In this document: piece by piece, positions 49,433 to 63,411 of the stretch
Layout: each line of letters starts with the position of its first letter
Position numbering within the stretch: position 1 is the stretch's first letter
DNA from: Squalus acanthias
Lineage: Eukaryota
Direction: 5' to 3'
Assembly: GCA_030390025.1 (NCBI GenBank)
Contig: CM059427.1
Span: forward strand, 33,418,001 to 33,482,000
Length of the DNA stretch: 64,000 nucleotides
Position numbers and translations under genes: made by a program
Notes under the pieces: generated by a model
The model's database searches: none
Told to the model about the DNA's origin: nothing
The model's input: the letters and a program-made list of their open reading frames with translations, nothing else

Positions 49433-50989
49433 CAGCAGCTCAGTTGCAGTGAAAGGAAGTTTCCCAATGCATCGGGTGCTTTAATAGAACTAGATAAAAC
49501 AACCTAAAATAAATACAGACAACACTAGAAATATATTGCAGGACCATCAATATCTGAAAAGAGCAAAACTGGGTTATCGTTCAGGTATAGATCCTTTATC
49601 ATATTTCCAGCATTGCCATTCTTTTACTTTTGACTCTGGTTAAAACATCTGTTTGTGAAAAGCAGATAAGCCAAACTAGAGGTAAAGCTGAAGGAGTAGT
49701 GGAAAAAAAGGGTTTTCCATTAAAGTCAATGGAAAACGAGCTGCCGATTCACTACTGCCCCAAGAGGAATTTATACCCAAGGACTCAATCTGTATCTAAT
49801 TATGGGGAATGCAGCCGTGAATATATCCAAAGTGTAATAAGCACAGGAGCCAACTACAAGACAGCTTCAGAAGCAGAGGCAGTCCTGAATCAGATCTGTG
49901 GTACAGAAGCTATGAGTTCTTCCATAGAATCTATCGTTGTCCTTGGTTATTATTAATGGTAATTGTAGTATTGATCGTGCTTTAATTACTTTTATATTAT
50001 TATTATAATACTGCATTATTGGTTCAAGTTAAATAGCAGTATACATACTAAATGGTTTAAGTTTAACCTTAAGTAGTGCTGTTAATAGTTTACACCACAT
50101 CTTTAATAGCTTGATCAATACTAGCTTGTTCAATTCCTGTTATAAAATATTTACTTACATCTGAGCAGTTGTCAATCTATTATTGATGGTAACGTAAGCT
50201 CAGAAGGAGGAGGAGAATCTCCATTCCAAAAGCATTACTGGCTAAACTGTTGGGGAATTATAATGTAATTTAATGTTGCCTATCCTATATGCTTTGTGAT
50301 TTGGGGGAGATTTCATGCTGTCATGGCCAACAGTGTTGAGGGTAAAGAACGCGAATCTCACTGGAAGACAAGTCTATCTATTTTACATACATCTGCAGTG
50401 TGTCAGTGAGCTTGAACATCCAATTATTAAAATGGGTAGTGTAGAGCAGATGGGAAAATCGTATCCTGGAATAGGTACAGAAACACATTGCATTAACCAT
50501 GTGCTAATTTAATGTATTAATGAATGAACTACACGCAGCATTGCATTGTACCAAAATCTATCAGGACTTCAGACAGTGAGCTCCAGTAATCTTCAGATGG
50601 ACTTATACCTGTGCTACGAGTTTTTAATTATGTACATTTTTGGGTAGCTTTGTAATGATTTGTATTTTTTTTCTGTGAACATTTTAGTTGTTAAAATAAT
50701 GAATGACAATGTGGAGAATGGAATTCTTTTTGTTGTTGCACTTAAAACCAATATTAAATACTCCTAGAACAGATATGCTACAAGTTAGATGCCATTAAGG
50801 TTTTTCCCTATATTCTACACTCTCCCAACAATATGCCTTTAACCCTTCCCCAGCCAGAAAAATAAGATTTGTCTATTTCTGATATTGCATGTAGCCTCCC
50901 TCAATAAGATTACTCAGTTTGTGAAAATTAATGTTCAATTATATGTTATGTTATGTTATGCAGAGTCCTGCTCCCAATGTAATCTGGAT

Positions 50990-52676
50990 TAAAAATAACC
51001 AAACTGAATTCACCAATGACGTTAGCGAGAGGCACAAGCTATATTGGTGCTTGTGCCTCATTTGATTATGATTGGGGAACTGCCAGCACTACTCGCACTG
51101 TTTATTGGCAGCTCCCTGATTGAGGGGTGGGAGATCAGACAGCAGTAATGTCATTTAAAGACAAGCTGCACCTCTTAAAGGAGAAGTGCACTTTGGCTGT
51201 TTTGAATAAATGCTTTGAGTCATTGCTGTAAAGTGAAGATGACGGCTAGAACAAGTTCTTGCAGACGTGGACAGGAGGAGGGCATCCCTATAAGTCCTGT
51301 GTCCATTGGAAGAGGCTGCACTGGAACAGTTGGCAGAGGGCATGTCAGGAGCGTCGCAACTAGTGAGGCTGAAAGATATTCTCCACACGGTATTTTGCCA
51401 TCTTATGACAAAGTGGTGCTGCTTTGAGATGTCACTCATCTCTCTAACCCTTGCCACTAACTGCTAATACTTGTGCCTCTCTTCTCTTTCCGGGTCCATC
51501 ACAAGTAATGAGCACAGTTGCACAATGAATGGTTTGGAACTATTTTCTTGGTGTGGGCTGTTTCTCTTGATTGGCGTTTGTTTGACCATACCTATTGAAG
51601 TGATAGAAATTTCCATGCAGTTGTTGAAGTTGAGGGTATTCATCTGGGGGGTGTAAGGATTGTGTCGCATAGTAGGAGGGACTGTGGTGTAGGGGGAGGG
51701 ATGACTCAATCAAGAGCGTTCCACAATAATTTGCTGCCATAAAGCTCTGACAGGGTTGGTGGCCCTTGCTCTTCCTTGGCATCCTGCTGCTCTTCCTGCT
51801 CCTGCATCTCCACCTATTCTTCTCCAGGTGGCTATATGGGTTGCCGACTTTACAGGGCAAAGCTATGGAGCATGCAGCAAAGGGAAATGAATCTGGAACT
51901 CTGGAGACTCTCTCAGGGCTATATTGCAGGACGGCTCCAGCGGAACCTCTGTTTCAAGATGCCAATTGCTTGCTCAATCAGAGCTTTGGTAGAGGTGTGG
52001 CTCTGATTGTAGCGCTCCCCAGTGTCTGTGCTCCTGAAGTTCTTGACAGGAGTCCTGAGTCATATGCTCAGGGGACACCCCTTCTCCCCAAGCAGCCAGG
52101 AAGACAACTGATGCTCTGGGTGGAAGAGAAGGGGGATTGAGGACTGGCACAGGATAAAAGCATCAGGACAACTGCCAGGAAACCGGGCACAGAACTGCAT
52201 GATGTGCTGCCTATCGTCACACACCAGCTGAATGTTGAGTGAGTGAAAGCTGTTCCTGTTGATGTATACTCTAGGTTCTTGATTTGGAGAATGTAAGGCA
52301 GTGTGGGTGCAGTCAGTTATGTCCTGCACCCACACTGCTAATTTAGAGAAGCCCGGAGCTCTGTCTTCCTGCTTTGTTGCCTCCAGGGGGAAAAATTATG
52401 AATTTGTTTCGCTTAACAAAGAGTTCATCCGTCACCTGCTTCATGCAGCAATGCACTGCAAATTAATCAGGCACAGGACCCCAATTTACAAATATTTATT
52501 AGACCACAACTGATTTCAGTAGGCGTCCTGAACAACTAAAAGTGACACAAGTCAATATGGTGTCTGGCGTACTTCTGGCGCAGTTCAAGAGCGGCTGATC
52601 ATGGCGCAGAATTTGAAAGTCTAATGCTGATTTTATGGCGGAAAAATGCGCGGCTGTGAGTTAAATTTTTTCCCCA
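50990..52676. mobile_element. Degraded Harbinger with convergent Myb (+) and transposase (-) remnants
   Basis: ORF 52060-52335 (DCTHTAL..YINRNSFHSLNIQLVCD..FPGSCPDAFIL..WLLGEKG); Myb-like remnant ~51240-51415; terminus AAATTTTTTCCCC. Confidence 0.75.
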
Positions 52677-53223
52677 GATAGAGGAAGAAAAAGATGCTCA
52701 TCCTATTTTTCTAAGCTGGATTTAAACTCACATCTCAGAGGTATTATATACGATACGTGATTGACTCCGATTCCAGACGAGCACACTGTGTTGCATCTTG
52801 TAACATTTTAATCTTTAACTGAGGATTCAGCCTCACTAACACTGCACTAAGGCTGTTAAGTATTTCAACATCAGGTGTAAAGATTTCAGACCTGACATCA
52901 TATTGCACGCACAACTAAAATGGATTCTTTTCCATAACATGTGATTAGTGTGAACTCATTGACATGATAAATTTGTCCAGGACTCACCAGCACAGCAAAA
53001 TTGACATAACTTTCACTTATAAGTCTGTGAAATCTCATTGAGACATAAATGTCTCCATTACACTCTTTGTCCTCTTTTGAGAAACCAACATTTATATTAA
53101 GATGCAAAGTTTAACGTTGTCAAATACATTCTGAAGGTCACAATGTCCTTTCAAGCTACTGAGTGTCATCTCATTGTTCCTAGGATGCTGCAGGAATATA
53201 ATATTCTTATTCTTACTTATCCT

Positions 53224-53775
53224 GGGGCCGAAGTTCCTCAGTCATTTGCCAGGCTCATGCCCGAACTCCATTGGGAGTCCGGCAGAACAGCTCGGAATAA
53301 GGCACAGACCCAGATATGCCGGGTCTTTCCCTCATTTTGGAAATCCTGTTCAGCCTTGTAAGGGGCAGAGCCTCCACCCACCCCTTACAAAGACATCCAT
53401 GTCGGAGCGGGGCGGGGCCAGGAGGCAGGGAGCACCTACAATGATATATTCCTGCTTCTCCGGCCTGGTGGGGAGACCAGCCCTGGAGCAACAGTGAATC
53501 TGGGTGAGGGAGCATTAGGAGGGGGCAAGTGGTGGCCGGCACCAGCCCGCAGTTTTAACGTGGAGCCAGAAGGAGCACTCCTGCCGCAGTCAGGCATCAA
53601 CTAATTTTGGGACTGGACCAGAAATGGGCGTTAGGCCCCCGATCTACATAGGCAATGGGTGCTCTAACCAATATGGCGTGATGCGCATACCTGCCGCAGA
53701 ATGAGCACACGCACACCATATTCAGTGCCAGATTTCACCCGAAAAACAGGTGCTCCGTGATCCAATTTCTAGGCC
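53224..53775. mobile_element. Harbinger-type MITE
   Basis: GGGGCCGAAGTT ... AATTTCTAGGCC ends; GC-rich and noncoding. Confidence 0.5.
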
Positions 53776-55320
53776 TCATTATCTAGGTTTACACGTAGAA
53801 CGGTCATGCAGATGAGGTACTGAAGGGCAGCCAGTAACATGGAACCATGCTTTAGCCTGAGTCAGCACCTTCAGAAGAAGACAGGAGGAGAGAATTTTTT
53901 AAAAAACATAGCTTCTTTACATTAAATAATTCTGAATTACACATTGTTTTGAATATTTCTGTCCATAGCAACTATTTATACCAGAACAACAGGTCTAAAA
54001 GTTACTAGTACCACTATAATGCTCCTAAATCACAATCTTTGCAAAAGCAGTTAATGTTGTGTTGATAAAATCATTTGAAAAGAAGTTGGATAAATAAGGT
54101 TGGCAACAGAATTGAAGGTCATGTGAACCAGTATAGACTATGATGATAAATACGCTATGAGACAGGCACATGCTAGTTCTTATGCTACTAGTGCGGGAGA
54201 TAGCAATGATGCCTGTGAAGAAATGCAGGCCAGCAATGAATTATGATGTTTGGATAGATGAGTATTTTGGAGTTTTGTTTAATTATCTTCAGGGATGTAA
54301 ATGTCTCTCAAGAAACCAACTGAGGATAGTGAGGTGCAATAGGGTCCATGCGAGGGTATGTGATCAAAAGGTTTTTTGTTCCTTTCTTTATATATCTAAT
54401 AAGGGACCACAAAAAGCTAATTTGCTTTATTATAACCATTTAAAATGTCTGTTCAAATTAAGCTTTGTACTGAAAATTATAAATTGTTATAACATATGTA
54501 GCTGGCCTGCTGCAACTGAACCGTTATCTGTGGTAAGTGAGTTACCACAGATGGCAGCAGAGCATGTAAATCAACAATGGGGTGATATTTTAATGGGAGC
54601 ATTGTCCTATTTAAATAAAAGAGTCAACACCTCAGTTCAAAGTGCGAGGAGGAATTACATGCAATTGCTTCTGTTGTCCGTGCAACCATAACAAGACAGT
54701 GCAATTTTATCTGTAAGAGAAATAGTCATGATTTGGATAAACTTTTCTGTACAAGTTGACACGCCTGCAACATATTGCACCTCTCATGTAACAAATCAAC
54801 CCAAGGCACTTTACAAGATGACCACTAAGCTGGAAGTGGAAGATAAAGTTAGGAAGGTGACTGAAGATTTGGTCGAAGATGTAGATTTTGAGGAGGCTTA
54901 TTGAGGTGGAGAAAGAAGTCACACAGCAGAGAAGTTGAGGAATAGAATTACAGAGCGCAGAGGAGAAGGTAATGGCTGTAGGATTTGCTACTGATGTTGG
55001 AGCAGATGGTGTAAAAGCCCGATAGCCAGTTGCTGAAGGATAGAAGACTAGAGCCTAGTCTTTAGTTGCTTACAAGCCTTTAATTACAGAGACACACATT
55101 ACATACTATGCACCCCCAAGATAAGCTTCCAACCCTTCTCCAGCCTACCCCCATATATATATATGTGCACAAGAGACTTTGCGTCTGTTATCATTGAAGT
55201 TGAAGATTTATCCCCCACAAGTGCTGGAAAATGGGATTAGAATAGATAGGGCTTGATGGCCGGTGCGGACATGATGGGCCAAAGGGCCTCTTTCTGTGCT
55301 GTATAACTCTATGACTCTAT

Positions 55321-56193
55321 GGGGGAGAAATTAAGTATCGCCCTATTTGGGACGCAATTATCGGCCGGGCGCTAATTATCGTCTCCGACTGCAAACTTGG
55401 CTTTTATCACCCCTGGAGGTGATTGGAGCGCTAAATTAGGCGCTACACACTTGTCTTAAGGCGCAAAGGCCGAGGAGCGAGGCGCTACCTCAGAGCACTG
55501 GCGAAGCTCATGTGATGTCAGTCAGCAATGTAACACAGACACACTGGCGCCGGCCAGTTCTTAAAGGGGAGGGTCGATCTTGCTCTCCATCCACACCCTG
55601 CTCATTGCAGCCTTGAATCTCAGCCTGGAGAGACCTGTACATCAAATCTGTTGGAAAGAACAATGGAGAGGCCCAGGGAAAGAGCTCAGAGTGCAGCCCC
55701 CATATTCTCTTCTAAATTGATGCAAGGAAGATTAAATCAGAAAGAACCTGCAAAGTGCTGCTCAGTACCCTAAACTCCTCAACACAGCTTTGAATATCTC
55801 CTGCAGTCTCTCTCTCTCACTCAGAATGCGTGGTGCAAAAATTTCGCCGACAAAAAAATGCAGGAAGCGGTCACCTTTAAATAACGTTCCCCCAGTCCCT
55901 TCCCGACTGCAAAATGCTCCCCTCAACCTGTTGTTGCTAGCAGCAGGCGGTAAGACAGGGGGCACCACTCAATATCCGGTCCGGGGCGCTACCGGGGCGT
56001 TGCACTCTTGACTGACGTCACGATCTGCCGGCGCAGAAGATCGTGGCGGTAGTGTTTAGCGCCACCGCAAAATGTTTAGTTAATTTCATGAGCGGCGCAA
56101 ACATCGCCGTGCACGGGCGCTAGTTGCTTTGTGCTCCATTAGCGCCCTCTTAAGGCGCTAACAGGAGGCGCAAACCAACCAAATTTTTCCCCC
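55321..56193. mobile_element. Harbinger non-autonomous element with TAT target-site duplication
   Basis: TIR GGGGGAGAAATT / AATTTTTCCCCC; TAT at 55318-55320 and 56194-56196. Inserted in the (CTATGACT)n tail of a CR1 fragment (~55218-55320). Confidence 0.8.
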
Positions 56194-56504
56194 TATGACT
56201 CTAATCCCTCAGCCATAGTGCCTTATCGTGCCTCGCAGAAACATCGCAAACCACTTCATGTGCAAGTAATTACTTTGTACTGCAGTGATTGTTATGCAAG
56301 CATTTCCTGCACAGCAAGATCCCACAAATAGCAATGAGGTGAATGACAGTTAATCTGTTTTTGACAGTATTGGTTGAGGGAGGAGTGCTGGCCAGGATGC
56401 TTACTGAATCAGTAGCATCACTTGGTTCACCAACATTTTTGCTGGAAAGGAAAGAAAATTTCAAAGCCTTCCTTCCAGGTTTTATTTACTGTGGAGATAA
56501 TGGT

Positions 56505-57210
56505 CATCGAAACATCGAAACATAGAAGATAGGAGCAGGAGTAGGCCATTCGGCCCCTCGAGCCTGCTCCGCCATTCGATGAGATCATGGCTGATCATCC
56601 AAACTCAGTACCCTGTACCTGCCTTCTCCCCATATCCCTTGATCCCTTTAGCTTTAAGAAATATATCTAACTCATTCTTCAATATATTTAATGACTTGGC
56701 CTCAACTACCTTCTGTGGTAGAGAATTCCACAGGTTCACCACTCTCTGGGTGAAGAAATTCTTCCTCATTTCTGTCCTAAATGGCTTACCCCTTATCCTT
56801 AGACTGTGACCCCTGGTTCTGGACTCTCCGACCATCGGGAACATTCTTCCTGCATCTAGTTTGTCCAGACCTGTCAGAATTTTATATGTTTCGATGAGAT
56901 CCCCCCTCATTCTTCGAGACTCCAGCGAGTATAAGCCCAATCGACCCAATCTCTCCTCATATGTCATTCCTGCCATCCCAGGTATCAGCCTTGTGAATCT
57001 TCGCTGAACTCCTTCCATGGCAAGAACATCCTTCCTCAGATAAGGCGACCAAAACTGCACACAGTACTCAAGGTGTGGTCTCACCAAGTCCCTGTACAAC
57101 TGCAGCAGGATATCCCTGTTCCTATACTCAAACCCTTTCGCTATGAAGGCCAACATACCATTTGCCTTCTTCACCGCCTGCTGCACCTGCATGCTTACCT
57201 TCAGCGACTC
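56505..57210 (-). mobile_element. CR1 3' fragment
   Basis: ORF 56605-57222 (RPHLEYCVQFWSP...TRGHSL...GTGY*) and (CATCGAAA)n tail. Confidence 0.92.
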
Positions 57211-58960
57211 TGAAGAGTTCACTGTCCCAGCATTTCCCTTTATTTATCAGGGTATGGGATCATGATGATTTCCCAGTTATTTCTTAATTTCAGCTCTGCT
57301 GTCAGATGTGGTGCTCGGGGCAGGACAAGCACTTCTCCACAGGAAGGGGGTAAACAATTGGCCAACTCGCTGAGACCCCTCTCATATAACTCCTACAGAC
57401 AGCTCATGAGTAGCATTTCACAGACCTGGGAGCACACCACCTACCCACCCTCTTGGCACATAGATGGCAAGAGAGACTTCAACTCTTGGCATGGAATGGG
57501 TAGACAGCGGGTAGAATGCCCACATGTTCCTGCCAGCAGTAGGCCATTTCGAGGGCCGGGCCCCATTACCATGCCACCGGGGAGCTGCACGCCCCAAACG
57601 AGCCTCCTCCAGGTCAGCACAATATCGGGCGACCAGAAGGACAACCCTGTTGTCAGGCAGTTAAGTACGGAGCGGGGAGAATGAATCACTGAGGGGGCAA
57701 GCCCGGGGTGACAGATACCCACAGTATTCTTGTGGAGCCCAACAAAGCACTCCCGCCCTTCCTGGCACAACAAAAATAATACTGTACTTACCTTTTAAAG
57801 GGGCCTTTGCTGCTTCTGCGGCTGGTACAACTGGGGGGAGGTGCACGCTCTGCCCAGTTCACCCTCATAGTTGCATTGAATATCATGTATGTGATGGTGC
57901 CAAAATTTGCATGTCGTAATGAAGCTCCCGCCTGATTTAGGCGGGCACCTTGTCCGCCCAGTAGAAAGTCCTGGGAAATATGGCAGCAGGTAGGATCCAA
58001 GCAGGAACAGGGTGGTAAGTGCAGCACATCTATTATAGTAGTGCTATTGCCCCATTTCCATTAGGTGGGTCAAGTAAAAATAGGCCCTGGTGTATCTTAT
58101 AGGGAAACCAAAATGGAGCAGAGCAAAATAAATTCAACTGTGTATGAAGGAAACATTAAAATATAGTTTAACTATTTCATTAATCTGAATGGTGCAACTA
58201 ATTTGCAAGTCTGACAAGTCCAAATAAATTGTGAAGATGTTCCCAAAATATGACACTGGAAATGGGATGTCCTTTCTTGCACACCTTATATAGGACTCAA
58301 CTACTTGTCTTCCCTGCTCACATCAACACTGAATTTATACCAAGTGCCCCATGTTAGTAGCATAAGTGCATATTAACGTCTAGGGTTTCTGTCACTCAAT
58401 GGTAAAACCAACCAGGAGCACTTCGCAACTCACACATCAGATGCGTTTGTTACCAGGCAAGGAAAAATCAGATGAAAAGCAATTCATTATTAATGCCTGA
58501 ATATTCTCACTAAACAGTTCTGATTATTTCACAAGAAGGAGGTCAAGGTGCTGGAGAAAGTGATTGAATCAAATAAACCCTCAATCTCTCTCCAAATAGT
58601 ATTTTCATCCCTATGCATGTAAATTCGACAGGCAGCTAGCCTCTAAATGCACAGGCGAGGTTAATCTGCTATGACTGTTAAAATTTCTGTGATATGCCAC
58701 ATGAATGAAGAATCTACCAGAATAAACCATGTAATCTATCCCAAATGATTTTTGGAATCTCGACATAAAATATGCGAAAAGCCAAATGCCCAGAAAAATG
58801 CAAATCATATTATTTTCCTAAAGTCTGACAAAATGTCTTTGTGAGTCATGTTATTCAATCGTCAGAATTTCTCAATGTAATTGTAACCTAATAGATAGCA
58901 ATTTACAAAGCTTCTCCGAACCTCTTAAAAATTGGAAATATTTACACTGTGGTGTCGTCA

Positions 58961-59285
58961 GCAACAACAACTTGTATTTATATAGCGCCTTTAACGTAGT
59001 AAAACGTCCCAAGGCACTTCACAGGAGGGTTATCAAACAAAATTTGACACCAAGCCAAAAAAGGAGATATTAGGGCAGATGACCAAAAGTTTGGTCAAAG
59101 AGGTAGATTTTAAGGAGCGTCTTAAAGGAGTAAAGAGAGGTAAAAGGGCGGAGAGGTTTAGGGAGGGAATTCCAGAGCTTAGGGCCTTGGCAGCTGAAAG
59201 CACGGCCACCAATGGTGGAGCGATTAGAATCAGGGATGCGCAACAGGCCAGAATTCGAGGAGCGCAGATATCTCGGAGGGTTGTA
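58961..59285 (-). mobile_element. L2-type LINE 3' end
   Basis: Tail (CAA)nCTTGTATTTATATAGCGCC matches the Deu SINE tail. Upstream LWNSLP..FKTLLK-like C-terminus. An older copy lies at ~54770-54990. Confidence 0.7.
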
Positions 59286-61628
59286 GGGTCACACCAAATG
59301 GAATGCAATAACTTCATCAGTTAGACAGCAAACAAACTTTAATCTCACGTTTGGGTCTATTTTTAATTTCCCCAAAAAATGAAGACTTCCTGCTTAGAAA
59401 GTAAGCAAACTTGCTGGCAAACACTGACAGACCCTGCTCATGGCCTTCCAGGTATTAAACAAACTTTAGATAGGGCACATCTTCTGAATAGCACTACCTT
59501 TACATGCAGTATCCTTCATGCAATGCCGCCTGCCTATTATGAACACATGTTACATTTAATGACTACTTTATTGCAAGAAATTTGTGGTATCAAAATTTAG
59601 TATTCTTTTATCCACCTGCAAGCTACAAATCATTGTTCTGTTTAGCACTGAACAGACATCCAAGTGTATAACATAATCTTCCAGATATCGTAATAAAATG
59701 TAATGGTAAGCAAATTTCCAAAATTATAACTTGCTTGTTTACTGCTTACTTACACAGTGAAGGATACTGGAAATGTGAAAATAACTATTAAGTCTTTAAA
59801 ATCATTGTATTAAAGTAGATCTCTGCTAATCATCTGGCTACTTTAACTTAAAGCAGGGTTTAATTTTCTTTAAGAGCAACTAGTTTGTGTGAAAATGCAG
59901 CCTAGTGAAGACAACTAGCTAATAGTGAAGAAACCCTGCAATACCAAGGCGCATACTATTGTTAGTTCAGTTAACAGGGGCAACTAATATTTGAAGAGTA
60001 AGAATCTGTTTCCTGAAACCACCATTGCCAGATCTTTGAAACATTAACATGGGTTTCTTTTAAAAAAAGCAGAAATATAACTCTAATTAGGTGGAGTTTG
60101 ATTGGTTAGTTCATGGACTCTCTGGCAGTTCTGACAAAAAACACATCTAGCCACAGCCCTAGCCCTCTTTCTCCAGTTTGCTATCCACATTTGATATTTC
60201 ACAAAATGCACCACAGTCCAGTGTGGAGATTCACCTTGTCTAATAGTTTCTCATTGAATTGTTGGAAGCTGTCTGAGCATGTGGCAGTCTAGAAGGCAGC
60301 AACACCTACAAAATCCCAACAGAAATGTTTAAATTTTTAAAATTTAAGCCATTTAATGAATTTGTAATGAACTGTGCCTGGCATTTGAAAAAAGAGAAAG
60401 AAAACATAATTAACCGAGTACCAATGAGTGTAAACATGTCCAGTACCATTGACACTACAGAAATACTGACTGCATATTATATGAATACTGGACAGAGTTT
60501 TAAATATACACATATTTTTGCTTCTGCAGCAGGATTGGGTCTAATTTTCCCCTTTCCTGATACTAAAGCTATTTTCGGTCCAAAAGCAAGCAAATTGCAT
60601 TGTAGCTTGTTTTCTATTGTATTTCTGAGTCAGTGCTGAAGCAAATTGCATTGAAGCAGATTTACTCCATCTAGTGAAATCTTACACGCAAATCCTGGGG
60701 GGAAAAGGTGAATGTCAATTACACGCAAATGATGCACTGGCCTCATTTAAATGTGCTCCACACAATTTGTTCCACTGGCAACACTCCAACATAGCTGAGA
60801 GTTCAGAACAAGCATGGAAAGGGACCACAAAGCAGGTTTTTCGTCAGTTGTTTTGTTGTTTCGACCTCCTCATTGAAGAAGTTTTTTAAATAACGAATTA
60901 ACCGAGACTTCCCACAAGAATGGGGATTCGGAAGAGAAAAAAAGAAACTGCAGCCAAAATCAAAGCAAGCTTTCAGGTCAAAAGGGCAAGGGATAACTAT
61001 CACAATCTGGCATTCACAGGCAGAACAGGGGGAAGTTCGCTGGCACGCGAAGAAAGCACCTGACTCACTAGTGGTGTACCACTGCCAATGAGGCACTTAG
61101 CCAAATAGAATGATTTAGTTAAGTCCGACACTAAACCTGAACAAAGCAAATTATGTAGGTATAAGAGGCGAGTTGGCTAAGGTAGGTTGGGAAACTACAT
61201 AAAAAGATATGACAGTAGAAAAGCAATGGTAAACATTTAAATAAATAATTCATAATTCGCAACGAATATACATTCCCTTAAGGAATAAAAACACCACGGG
61301 AAAAATGGTCCAACCGTGGCTAACAAGAGAAATTAAAGATAGTATTAGATTAAAGGAAGAGGCTTATAATGTTGACAAAAAGAGTAGTAAGCCTGAGGAG
61401 CAGGAGGATTTTAGAATTCAACAAAGGAGGACCAAGAAATTGATAAAGAAAGGGGAAATAGAAACTGAGAGTAAACTAGCAAGAGGCATAAAAACAGATT
61501 GTTAAAGCTTCTACAGGTATGGAAAAAGGAAAAGATTAGCGAAAGTAAATGTGGGTCCCTTACAGGCTGAGACAGGAGAAATTATAATGGGGAATAAGGA
61601 AATGGCAGAGAGATTAAACAAATACTTT

Positions 61629-63411
61629 GGGCTGGATTTTGCCAATAGGGAGCTTTTGGAGGTGGGACTCCCACTTGTCGGATTTTAGTCCTGCCTCCAT
61701 CGACTTCTGCCCAACCCACGCTATTTTCCCTTGATTGACCTTGTTAAGCCCTCCCAGCGGTTACAGAGAACGTCAGCGTATGATGTTTCATCTGTCAAAA
61801 ATTATCATTTGACAGCTCCACAAAGGCTCAGCTCATGTTCGCGATGGACTCCTCCATTCACTCCACACTCACAGCGACCCTGGAGAAAAAACCTGCCAGA
61901 GACTCCTGCACCTGTTCCTGGAGTTCCAGCACCGCTCTCCTTCTGGATGGACCCGGAGGCATAGGGTCGACATGCAGCCGAGCCGAGCTGGCAGAGTCCT
62001 GCGCCCTCCGACGAGGACTCTCCACTGCTGTCCCTGTCTCCAACATCTGCTGATGCTCACTTGTGAGCTGTGATACACCAGGTGACAACACTACTCTATC
62101 CCGCAAAGGACCCACCGATGTGTGAGTGTCTGCGCTGGTGCTGGGTGCATTGAATTCTACTGACGCTGCGCCCTCAGAGGTTGCAGCTTCCTCTGAGGAG
62201 TCTTGAGGCTCAGGCTGTTCCTCCTGGACAGTGGGGACGGGGGCTCTCGATGATCCTGTGGGGGAGTAAAGGAAAGAGTTAGAGATGTGAGGTAAAGGTT
62301 GCATGCACATTGAATTGTGCAGATGATCATAAGTCAATCTGTTAGAGCATCAGAATCATTATCAGTCACTCATGCAATGTCAATGAGAGAGATGCTAAAC
62401 TATTCTGTCACCAGCTTGCTGTGATGCGCCCGTCTATCCGTCCCCCACTTGCGAATTGTCCTCAACTCCGGTGATCTCCAGGGCCGCCTCCTCCGAAGTG
62501 GTGAGCTGGGCTACTGAGGGTGGCCCTCCTTCTGTCCTCGCTCTTTCCCTCTTATTGTGGGCTCTCTTTTCCTACAATGAGGGACACAAGTGGACTTTGA
62601 GTGAGAATGAAGGATTGAGTGTAGCGAATCCATAGCATAGATGCTTAGAAGGAGACAAAGGGCCCTCCCTGTGTGTTGTAAGTTGTTGTCATTGCATCAC
62701 AGTGATAGGGAGTGTGAGGGCTGCATGGTCAAATAGTTAAGTGAATGTGACCATAGAGAGAGAGGGAATGCGTAAGGGTGCAGGGATGTAAGGGTCAAGT
62801 GGGATGTGGAGGAAGAGGTTGGCAAAGCAAAGTGCTGGTGATGAGAGGCGATGGAGATCAGATTGAGGCTGATGGGAGTGTCATACTCACTTTTCCTGTG
62901 TGGAGAAGGTCATGAAACCTCTTCCTGCACTGCAGCCAGGTTCTGCAGCGCATAGAAATTGCATTTACCTCTTGGGCCACTTGCAGCCACACAACTTTAG
63001 TCTGCTGGGGAGGCTTTTTCCTCCCTGAGGAAGGGAAGAGCACTTCCTTATTTGCTCTTGCTCCCTCCACCAGAGCTTGGAGGGAGGCCTCATCGAATCT
63101 TAGAGCACACTTTGGTCTACTGGTGGACATAATTGGTGAAGGAAGTGCTCAGAACAATGGGCATAAAGTTTAAAGGCTGAAAAAGAAGCAAGGCTGCTTG
63201 CAGGCCTTAAATCCAGCAGCATTGATGATGCCATCGGAGGCGACTTTCTGTATGAAAAGGCCCATTGGGCCAGGGGTTTCCACACGCTGGAAATCAAGTG
63301 CCCAATTAGGGCAAAATCGCACTTTTGTCCCACTCCACATCGGAGTCGGGATCCTGACACGATGACCACCTGACACGCCCACAGCCCACCCCCAATGGCA
63401 AAATCGAGCCC
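61629..63411 (-). mobile_element. Non-autonomous Harbinger carrying only the Myb/SANT gene
   Basis: TIRs GGGCTGGATTTTGCCAATAGGG / CCCAATGGCAAAATCGAGCCC; 3-bp flanks TTT/TAT; removal restores CR1 AAATACTTTGTGTCTGTC. Confidence 0.88.
61858..63130 (-). pseudogene. Three-exon Harbinger Myb/SANT-like DNA-binding protein (NAIF1/MSANTD-like), ~265 aa, one internal stop
   Basis: Exon 1 63130-62891 (ATG; WLQVAQEVN..RTWLQCRKRFHDL; GTGAGT donor), exon 2 62571-62412 (EKRAHNKRERARTEGGPP; TAG at 62436-62434), exon 3 62255-61858. Splice phases 0 and 1 are compatible. Confidence 0.8.

Noticed and set aside
49630-49956. 108-aa ORF in apparently unique sequence
   Set aside because: No recognisable domain. 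It overlaps a small hairpin repeat (GTTTTCCATT-AAAGTC-AATGGAAAAC with AGTAGTG/CACTACT arms) and a decayed PLE end at ~49520-49620.
54170-54691. 173-aa ORF
   Set aside because: AT-rich, no domain and no supporting splice structure; likely a chance ORF.
55010-55219. TG...CA bounded segment resembling a solo LTR
   Set aside because: No target-site duplication and no second copy in the window.
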